Below, one piece after another: positions 25,532 through 32,000 of a DNA stretch of 32,000 bases. The stretch comes from Edaphobacter aggregans. Its GTDB lineage: Bacteria; Acidobacteriota; Terriglobia; Terriglobales; Acidobacteriaceae. The position numbers and the translations under genes were made by a program. Each line of letters begins with the position of its first letter. The first letter of the stretch is position 1. The notes beneath the pieces are model-generated. The model did no database searches. It saw only the letters and a program-made list of their open reading frames with translations, and was not told the DNA's origin. The stretch lies in assembly GCF_003945235.1 (NCBI RefSeq), contig NZ_RSDW01000001.1, forward strand, positions 2,430,001 to 2,462,000, read 5' to 3'.

Positions 25532-27616
25532 CTACTTCCCAGCCGCGACCACCAAAGCCCGCAGCGAAGGCAAGAACGTAAACCGCACCAAACCCGCCGG
25601 CTTCTCCGCATCAGTAATAATCTGCAACTGCTGCTCACTCCATCCCTGCGGAGGTTTCTGCCCCGACTGCAAATACCCCACTACCGACAGCCCAACCTTC
25701 GCAAGTTGATCAAGCTGAGCAACCCGCGTTCCAGCACCCGGCATCCGCGGCGACTGACCCGCCAGCACCGTAAGCTCCGGCACAGCGCCCTGCCACGCAT
25801 GGAACCTCACCGCAAGAGCATCCCCACTAGCCTTTGCAGCAGTCCCTCCCCCGACCAAAGCATCCACCTGCGTGCGAATCTCATGCCGCGAAGGCGGATC
25901 CGGCACCACAGCATCCACCAACCCATCCAGCGGAGTAGTCGCATCCGTGTGCTGCATCTTATAGCGATCGTGGAAGCTGACCGGCTCAATCACCGTAGCC
26001 AGCGTATCGAGACCAACCGGATGCAGCGAACCCGCAAGACTCCGTCGCGCCATCTGCGGCCCCGAAATATGCGTCAGCCCAGCCATCTCAAGCTGCAACG
26101 AGGTGCTGTAAAGCCGTCGATACATATCCGCAACATCGCGGCGATCCGCAGGCGACCAGAAGCGCTCCGCAATCGCCGCAGTCCGCGGCCATATCCGCGA
26201 ATCAACCGTCCGCTCGTTCAACTGTTCAGCCCACATGCAGACCTCGCCGCCCAAAATCAAAGCCTGTTGCTCAGGCGTCAACTGCGTATCCGCAGGCACA
26301 GGATCGGCCAAATAATGTTCCTCTGCAGTCTTCATCCCGTCCAGATAGAAAGGAGCCGACAGAATACCCGTATAACCCTGACTCGCCCCTTTAGCCAACG
26401 AGGCAACGCCACGCCACGACTGCACCATCACGTCCTTCGGCAACCCTGGCGTAAGCACCTCATCCCAGCCAACCATGTGCTTTCTATGTCGAGTAAGAAT
26501 CGGCAGCAGCCGCTGATTGAAGTAAGCCTGCAACGCATCCGTATCCTTGATGCCCTTCGCCTGCATGAACGCCGCAATCTTCGGATTCCCGCGCCACGCC
26601 TTGCCCGTATTCTCATCGCCTCCAATGTGGAAGTAAGGATCAGGAAAGATCTCGCTCATCTCACCGATAAACGCATCCAGAAATTTGTACGTACTCTCCT
26701 GCGTCGGATCCAACGAGTCATCATGAATCCCGAAAACAACCGGAAGTTCAGTAGGAGCAGCAGAACTTGCAAACTCCGGATATCCAATCAGCCAGCTCGT
26801 GGTGTGCCCCGGCATATCGAACTCCGGCACCACACGAATCCCACGAGCTCGCGCATACGCAACAACATCACGCATCTCATCCTGCGTATAAAACTGACCA
26901 CCCGATCCCATCCCCGTCAGCTTCGGAAACCGCTTGCTCTCCGCCCTAAACCCCTGGTCATCGCTCAAATGCCAGTGAAAGACATTCAACTTAACCATCG
27001 CCATGCCATCTATATTCCGCTTGATCACGCTGATCGGCTCAAAGTGCCGGCTCACATCGATCATCAGCCCGCGCCACCGAAACCGCGGTGAATCCTCAAT
27101 CCTCACAGCAGGCAGCTGACAAGCCGCGTCCTTACACTCGATCAATTGCAGCGCCGTCTCCATCCCACGAAGCGCTCCCACGACCGTAGGGGCAGAAAGC
27201 TGAACCTGCGAAGCCGTAACCACAAGCGAATAAGACTCATCCTCATCAAGCGACTGGACAGCCTGCCCAGCCCCCTTCACGTCGATGATCAGCGCACCCG
27301 GCGCAGAGACATCCTTACCGCTGCGCGACTGCGGCAGACCAGTAACGTATTGCAGCCGCGACAACATCCGCTCAACTCCCGCCTCAAGACGAGCATCATG
27401 GAAGTGCGGATACGACACACCAAGCTTAGGCGTCAGCGAAAAAGAACCCTCCCCCTGATGAACCGAGGCAGGAGCAGGCATAAGCGTTAGTTGATCGTCC
27501 ACAGCGGAGTATCCATATAGAGTCCCTGCAAACAAAAGCCCCAGTGCGGCAACAAACGATCTGGCAAGAAAGAAGGACCCGAAGAATGGCCGCGAAGAGG
27601 GTGAAGATGAATGCAT
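25532..27616 (-). CDS. Secreted GH20 beta-N-acetylhexosaminidase with C-terminal extension
   Basis: GH20 motifs are 'RFRWRGLMIDVSRHF', 'NVFHWHLSDDQGFR', 'VVPEFDMPGHT' and 'HIGGDE' (the catalytic D-E pair). There is a signal-like N-terminus, 'FFLARSFVAALGLLFAGTLYGYSA'. ATG 27616 (MHSSSP...) is preferred over the track start at 27655. Confidence 0.9.
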   Translation of the reverse strand: MHSSSPSSRPFFGSFFLARSFVAALGLLFAGTLYGYSAVDDQLTLMPAPASVHQGEGSFSLTPKLGVSYPHFHDARLEAGVERMLSRLQYVTGLPQSRSGKDVSAPGALIIDVKGAGQAVQSLDEDESYSLVVTASQVQLSAPTVVGALRGMETALQLIECKDAACQLPAVRIEDSPRFRWRGLMIDVSRHFEPISVIKRNIDGMAMVKLNVFHWHLSDDQGFRAESKRFPKLTGMGSGGQFYTQDEMRDVVAYARARGIRVVPEFDMPGHTTSWLIGYPEFASSAAPTELPVVFGIHDDSLDPTQESTYKFLDAFIGEMSEIFPDPYFHIGGDENTGKAWRGNPKIAAFMQAKGIKDTDALQAYFNQRLLPILTRHRKHMVGWDEVLTPGLPKDVMVQSWRGVASLAKGASQGYTGILSAPFYLDGMKTAEEHYLADPVPADTQLTPEQQALILGGEVCMWAEQLNERTVDSRIWPRTAAIAERFWSPADRRDVADMYRRLYSTSLQLEMAGLTHISGPQMARRSLAGSLHPVGLDTLATVIEPVSFHDRYKMQHTDATTPLDGLVDAVVPDPPSRHEIRTQVDALVGGGTAAKASGDALAVRFHAWQGAVPELTVLAGQSPRMPGAGTRVAQLDQLAKVGLSVVGYLQSGQKPPQGWSEQQLQIITDAEKPAGLVRFTFLPSLRALVVAAGK

Positions 27617-27782
27617 GAACTTCCTTTCACAACAAGTGTCCCAACACAATAACAACGCTCCCGAGTATAAAGCTCTGCCCTCACGAGAAAAACCGCAGTT
27701 CCGATACGTCGCACACGAGCCATTAACCTGCCTTCACCAACGAAGCATTGCCATCACCACAACAATCCGAAATAATCGCGCC

Positions 27783-28340
27783 ATGCGAATCTGCCGCCTC
27801 AATCTCCTCGCTCTTCTATTGATCTTCCCCATGGCGCTGCAAAGCCTAACAGCCCACGCTCAAACCGCACCGGCGGCCCCACCCACGAACACCACAGACA
27901 TACTGCTGCACCCCGCTGATCTCGACACGCTGATTCCCCCAGCGGTCTACTTTCAGGGTCAGAGTGCAACCGTGCAGAAGCGAAACTCCGGAGGCGTCCA
28001 CTTCGCTGGCGGCCCCTACATGTTTGCCGTCAAAGTCGACACCGGCGGCTACTCCTCGAGCATCCAGGAGAGATACCAGACCTACCTCATCACCGAAACC
28101 GCACTCGATATCGACGGCCACAAACTCCCAGCCGGTGCCTACGGAGTCGGCTTCATCGCCAACAACAAATTCCTTGTAATGGACCTTGGCGGCCACGATA
28201 TCTTCACAGTCACGTCACACCACGATGACGCCATGACACGACCAACACCCCTGCAAGTCCAAGCCGATCCCTCACACGGTTATCGCCTCTACACCGGCCG
28301 CGACTTCATCGTTTTCAATCGAAGCTCCAATTCCAAGTAA
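27783..28340 (+). CDS. Hypothetical secreted protein (185 aa), no family recognised
   Basis: The signal peptide is 'MRICRLNLLALLLIFPMALQSLTAHAQ'. The mature part looks beta-rich and its codon usage looks like the neighbouring genes. The track ORF from 27615 is an upstream extension that overlaps the GH20 start. I see no recognisable motif. Confidence 0.5.
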   Translation: MRICRLNLLALLLIFPMALQSLTAHAQTAPAAPPTNTTDILLHPADLDTLIPPAVYFQGQSATVQKRNSGGVHFAGGPYMFAVKVDTGGYSSSIQERYQTYLITETALDIDGHKLPAGAYGVGFIANNKFLVMDLGGHDIFTVTSHHDDAMTRPTPLQVQADPSHGYRLYTGRDFIVFNRSSNSK

Positions 28341-28342
28341 AC

Positions 28343-29353
28343 CTAACGAGGCGCCGGCCCCGTCGATTTCCGCACCACGAGGCTGGGTTGGATCAAAGAC
28401 TCCGCCCCCTGGCCAGGTTTTGCCGCTCCAGGTTCCCGAGAGTGGAACAGCGCACGAAAGGCTGCCGTAGCAATCTCCTCGCGCGGCAGCCGAAGCGTAG
28501 TCAGCGCCGGCTGCGTAAACGCGCTCAGCAAAATATCGTCATACCCAATTACTGAAATATCTTCCGGCACGCGCAACCCATGCTCATAGATAGCGCCCAT
28601 AGCTCCGATCGCGGTCAAATCGTTCGAAGCCAGGATTGCCGTCGGCTTCGCGCCCGAACTCAAAATCCGCTGCATCGCATCATGGCCGCCATCCACGCGA
28701 TGATTGCCTTCCTCAATCATGTTGGGATTCCCCTTCAGGTGGCTTCGCTCAAGTCCTTCGGTAAACGCGTGGAAGCGGGTACGCGCCGAAGTAAGCCTCA
28801 GCGGCCCGCTGATAAAAGCGATCCTCTCGTGCCCAAGTTCGATCAGATGATCCATCGCTTGAGCAACGCCGGCATGGTAATCGATGCGAACGCTGCTCAC
28901 CCCCAACCCCGGTACGCCCGCGTCCATAAAGACCAGTGGCACATGACGACGGCTGAAGACCTCAATCAGCCGGTCATCCATCTCTGACGTCATGATCGCA
29001 ACGCCGTCCACCTTGCGCTGAAGCATCCGTATAACGCAGCTCTCCATCCGCACAGGGTCGTAGTTCGTATTTGCGATCATGACCTCTTGGCCATGCTCCA
29101 CAGCGATATCTTCAAATGCCTTTACCAATTCGGGGAAAAAGGGATTTGTGATGTCCGAGATAATCAGCCCATAAAGCCGGCTCCGGCCCGTACCCAGAGC
29201 CCGCGCATTCGTATCAGGATAAAAATTCAAATCCTCGACTGCGCGAAGCACCCTCGCCGCCGTCTTAGGACTCACCTTGTCCGAGCCATTGATGGTTCGG
29301 GACACAGTTGCTGTCGAAACCCGCGCTCTCTTCGCTACAGCTCGAATGTTCAT
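28343..29353 (-). CDS. LacI-family transcriptional regulator
   Basis: The N-terminal HTH is 'MNIRAVAKRARVSTATVSRTINGSDKVSPKTAARVLRAVEDLNFYPDTNARAL'. A periplasmic-binding-protein-like sugar-binding core follows ('GLIISDITNPFF', 'VDGVAIM', 'ILASNDLTAIGAM', 'DISVIGYDD'). ATG 29353 is preferred, and the track start at 29560 adds a 69-aa non-homologous extension. Confidence 0.9.
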   Translation of the reverse strand: MNIRAVAKRARVSTATVSRTINGSDKVSPKTAARVLRAVEDLNFYPDTNARALGTGRSRLYGLIISDITNPFFPELVKAFEDIAVEHGQEVMIANTNYDPVRMESCVIRMLQRKVDGVAIMTSEMDDRLIEVFSRRHVPLVFMDAGVPGLGVSSVRIDYHAGVAQAMDHLIELGHERIAFISGPLRLTSARTRFHAFTEGLERSHLKGNPNMIEEGNHRVDGGHDAMQRILSSGAKPTAILASNDLTAIGAMGAIYEHGLRVPEDISVIGYDDILLSAFTQPALTTLRLPREEIATAAFRALFHSREPGAAKPGQGAESLIQPSLVVRKSTGPAPR

Positions 29354-29423
29354 ACGCTGCTGCCCAATGTACCCGACTTTGGCCAGAATGAAAATCTCGC
29401 CCTCATCTTGAACCTGACGCTCC

Positions 29424-29438
29424 CTTGAAAAATTCAAG
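29424..29438. promoter_or_regulatory. Perfect palindrome CTTGAA-AAA-TTCAAG in the LacI/TonB-receptor divergent region (candidate operator)
   Basis: A 6-3-6 perfect inverted repeat lies 71-85 bp upstream of the LacI start, in a 340-bp divergent spacer. It lacks the central CG typical of LacI-family operators, so the binding factor is unknown. Confidence 0.25.
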
Positions 29439-29693
29439 CCGACAGCCCTCTGCGATGGAAAGAGCCAACTCCTTTTTCTAAGGTGCGAATCAGCTAAATC
29501 AAGCCATTCACTTAGGGTTAGCGCTGTCAATCCCTCGAAGGTAGTAGCGTTTCTTGACAATGGCTTTTAGCGTGTGGCCTACTTGTGCCGCCAATTAATT
29601 CGGTCTTCACCGTTTATTCAAAGTGCACCTCAACCGAGGTAGCACTCAAGGCAACCGGGTCCCCCACGCAACAACTCAATTTACGGAGGCTTT

Positions 29694-32000
29694 ATGACAC
29701 GATCCATCAAAGGAATGCTTCTCCTTCTGGTACCGCTGATCCTGGCGTGCCTGACCTCAACGCTCCGTGCACAAACCTCGTTCGGACAGATCGCAGGCAA
29801 CGTCACCGATGCAACCGGTGCTGCTGTTCCAGCCGCAACTGTCACAGTCACCAACGTTGGAACAACGCAGGCACGTTCGGTCACCACCGACGAGCGAGGC
29901 TATTTCATCATCACCAGTCTTCCCATCGGCGATTACTCCTTGCAGGTAACATCTACCGGTTTTCGCGGTGAGAATCGCACTGGCATCTCCATCACGGCCG
30001 ACGCCCACCTTACCGCCGACTTCCAACTCCAGATCGGCGGCGCCACCGAAACCGTCACCGTCTCAGCCGTGACAGGCGAAACCCTCAACACCACCAGCGG
30101 CGAAATCTCTCACGTCATCGACCCCAAGCAGGTCGCGAACCTCCCGCTCAATGGGCGCAACTACATTCAGCTGATGACCCTCATCCCGGGCGCCATCACC
30201 ACCAATCCCGATAACTTCGCAATCACTACCAGCCTCGCGTCCAACACCCAATCTATCAACGGCAACCGTGCCGACTCCTCCAATCTCACCGTCGATGGCG
30301 CCTACAACCAGGTCGCTGGCTCGAACTCCAGCTTGATGAATAACGTCAGCCCCGACTTCATTCAGGAAGTTAAGATTGCAACTTCGAACTTTTCCGCTGA
30401 ATACGGCCGCACCTCTGGCCCCGCCTTCAATATCGTGACCAAGAGCGGCTCCAACGGCTTCCACGGCGGCGCCTTCTACTTCATGCGCAACAACTATCTG
30501 GACGCCCGCAACTACTTCGCAGCCAAAAAGACGCAGCTCATCTATAACGACTTCGGTTACAGCATCGGCGGCCCTATCTTCCGCGACAAGCTCTTCTTCT
30601 TCGGCGGCGAAGAGTGGCGTCGTTTGCGCCAGCAGGCAGCGCCCACGCGCTTTACCGTTCCTGACTCCGCTCAGCTCGCCGGCAACTTCTCTGGTTTGGG
30701 ACAGCTCTTCTACCCTGGGACCAAGAATCCCATTCCCGGCAACAACATCGCCTCGATGATCACTCCAGATGGTCGCGCCATGGCCAACGTCTACAGTACG
30801 ATGGTCGGGTTAGGGCTGAGTTATACCGATACAGTCACAGCGAACAACCTCACGCTGGCCCCTTCGAATCCGCTCAACTTCCGTCAGGACTTCGTTCGTC
30901 TCGACTATCACCTCAACGACAGGCACTTCCTCTATGGCCGTTGGATCAACGACAACAACTCTCTGATCGATCCCTACGGAACCTTCTCAGACAGCGGAGT
31001 CCTGCCCACCACACCAACGCAGCGCAATCGTCCCGGACAGAGCTACCTCCTCAATCACACCTGGAACATCTCCCCAACCCTCATCAACCAGGCACAGGTC
31101 AACTTCAGCTGGGCCGCACAGCGTATTCCTCCCTACGGCGTCAACTGGCAACGTTCCACCTTCGGCTTCCAGTTCAACCGTCTCTATCCAGGCGGCGGAT
31201 CGTATCCCACCGGAATCCCTAAGGTCACGATCACCGGCTTCGCGCCATTCCAGGGCCCCAACTTTGCCCTCAAGTCGCCGACAACGGATATCGAGCTTGG
31301 CGATTCGATCTCCTTCATCAAGGGCAACCACCTCATCAAGGCCGGCGTCATCGTCATCCGCGATCGCGTCGATCAGAACGGCCGCCCCTACTACACCGGC
31401 AACATCAACTTCAACGGAAGCAACGCCTCACTCACCACGGGCAACGCGATGGCCGACGCTCTCATCGGCAACTTCGCCAGCTACTCCGAAGCTAGCTCCG
31501 ACCCAACCGGACACTTCCGCTTCACCCAACCCGAAGCCTTCGTCCAGGACTCCTGGAGAATGCTCCGTAACCTCAGCATCGAGTACGGCATCCGCTTCCA
31601 GTACATCCAGTCCATGTACACGCAGGGCAACAACATGGGCAACTTCGATCCCTCGGTGTACGCAGCTGGCACCCCCGTGCAGCTCAACACCAACGGAACA
31701 CTTGTTCCCAACTCCGGCAATCCTTACAACGGACTCGTTCGTGCTGGAAGCGGCATCCCCTCCGATCAGGTCCAGCGCGTACCCAACGTCAACACCGCGC
31801 TCTTCCCGCTCATCCCGGCTGGAGCACCTCGCGGTCTCTACAATATGAATGGAGCTGTAGGGCCGAGGTTCGGTTTCGCTTACGCTGCGGATGAGAAGAC
31901 CTCCATTCGCGGTGGCTACGGAGTCTTCTTCTTCCGTCCCGAAGGCAACCTGACCTTTAGCCAGGTCAACGTCGCGCCGTTCCTCTCCAACACGGAGTTC
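29694..32000 (+). CDS. TonB-dependent outer membrane receptor with N-terminal carboxypeptidase-regulatory-like domain (3' end lies outside the window)
   Basis: This is my own translation. The ORF is absent from the track because it has no stop before the window end. It reads 'MTRSIKGMLLLLVPLILACLTSTLRAQTSFGQIAGNVTDATGAAVPAATVTVTNVGT...YSLQVTSTGF' (CarboxypepD_reg-like), then 'NLPLNGRNYIQLMTLIPGA' (plug region). The frame stays open for 769 codons to base 32000. GGAGG lies 4 nt upstream of the ATG. Confidence 0.85.
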   Translation, partial: MTRSIKGMLLLLVPLILACLTSTLRAQTSFGQIAGNVTDATGAAVPAATVTVTNVGTTQARSVTTDERGYFIITSLPIGDYSLQVTSTGFRGENRTGISITADAHLTADFQLQIGGATETVTVSAVTGETLNTTSGEISHVIDPKQVANLPLNGRNYIQLMTLIPGAITTNPDNFAITTSLASNTQSINGNRADSSNLTVDGAYNQVAGSNSSLMNNVSPDFIQEVKIATSNFSAEYGRTSGPAFNIVTKSGSNGFHGGAFYFMRNNYLDARNYFAAKKTQLIYNDFGYSIGGPIFRDKLFFFGGEEWRRLRQQAAPTRFTVPDSAQLAGNFSGLGQLFYPGTKNPIPGNNIASMITPDGRAMANVYSTMVGLGLSYTDTVTANNLTLAPSNPLNFRQDFVRLDYHLNDRHFLYGRWINDNNSLIDPYGTFSDSGVLPTTPTQRNRPGQSYLLNHTWNISPTLINQAQVNFSWAAQRIPPYGVNWQRSTFGFQFNRLYPGGGSYPTGIPKVTITGFAPFQGPNFALKSPTTDIELGDSISFIKGNHLIKAGVIVIRDRVDQNGRPYYTGNINFNGSNASLTTGNAMADALIGNFASYSEASSDPTGHFRFTQPEAFVQDSWRMLRNLSIEYGIRFQYIQSMYTQGNNMGNFDPSVYAAGTPVQLNTNGTLVPNSGNPYNGLVRAGSGIPSDQVQRVPNVNTALFPLIPAGAPRGLYNMNGAVGPRFGFAYAADEKTSIRGGYGVFFFRPEGNLTFSQVNVAPFLSNTEF

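Noticed and set aside
23998-25581. 527-aa plus-strand ORF, extremely Arg/Pro/His-rich, overlapping garD in another frame and running into the spacer
   Set aside because: It is low-complexity and lies in a frame shifted from a confidently identified garD. Its length is explained by G depletion of the + strand, which leaves few TGA/TAG codons. It also reads through the intergenic repeat. I treat it as a shadow ORF.
25706-27091. 461-aa plus-strand ORF antisense to the GH20 gene
   Set aside because: It is an Arg-rich, low-complexity translation with no motifs. The opposite strand encodes a full GH20 with all catalytic motifs. It is a compositional artefact.
29354-29560. N-terminal extension of the LacI ORF in the track (start 29560). 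There are similar upstream extensions at 27615-27782, 10303-10344, 6970-7002, 4909-4944 and 27617-27655.
   Set aside because: The extensions precede well-defined N-termini (an HTH beginning MNIRAVAK, signal peptides, or a TM anchor). Several use TTG or overlap neighbouring genes, so the internal ATG starts fit better.

Overview
High-GC chromosomal segment, probably from an Acidobacteriota (Terriglobia-type) genome. That placement is an inference from three things: a TonB-dependent receptor with an N-terminal carboxypeptidase-regulatory-like domain, a membrane Ser/Thr kinase with a long TPR tail, and GTCATCC...GGAYCTGC intergenic repeats. I support 18 protein-coding genes. I saw no rRNA, tRNA, CRISPR array, transposase or integrase. 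Left to right: (1) the 3' part of a DUF11/Ig-like surface protein. (2) A convergent 1213-1225 aa Ser/Thr kinase with TM, periplasmic and TPR regions. (3) A four-gene FUSC-type efflux operon (outer-membrane factor, YtcA-like small lipoprotein, HlyD-type adaptor, FUSC/MdtO-like inner-membrane protein). (4) A secreted GH39 and a Tat-signal glucoamylase-family (GH144-like) protein. These converge on (5) an operon of an ABC exporter plus a 1503-aa homolog of cyclic beta-1,2-glucan synthase that has the GT84 and (alpha/alpha)6 domains but no C-terminal GH94 module. (6) A D-glucarate/galactarate operon (kdgD, gudP-like, gudD, garD) with strongly C-ending codon usage, interrupted and followed by repeat elements. 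(7) A GH20 hexosaminidase, an orphan secreted protein, a LacI regulator and a 3'-truncated TonB-dependent receptor. The most interesting candidate is the beta-1,2-glucan synthesis, export and turnover locus (about 10.3-19.7 kb) built around a naturally short synthase. All functional calls rest on motif recognition and recalled homologs, not on database searches.
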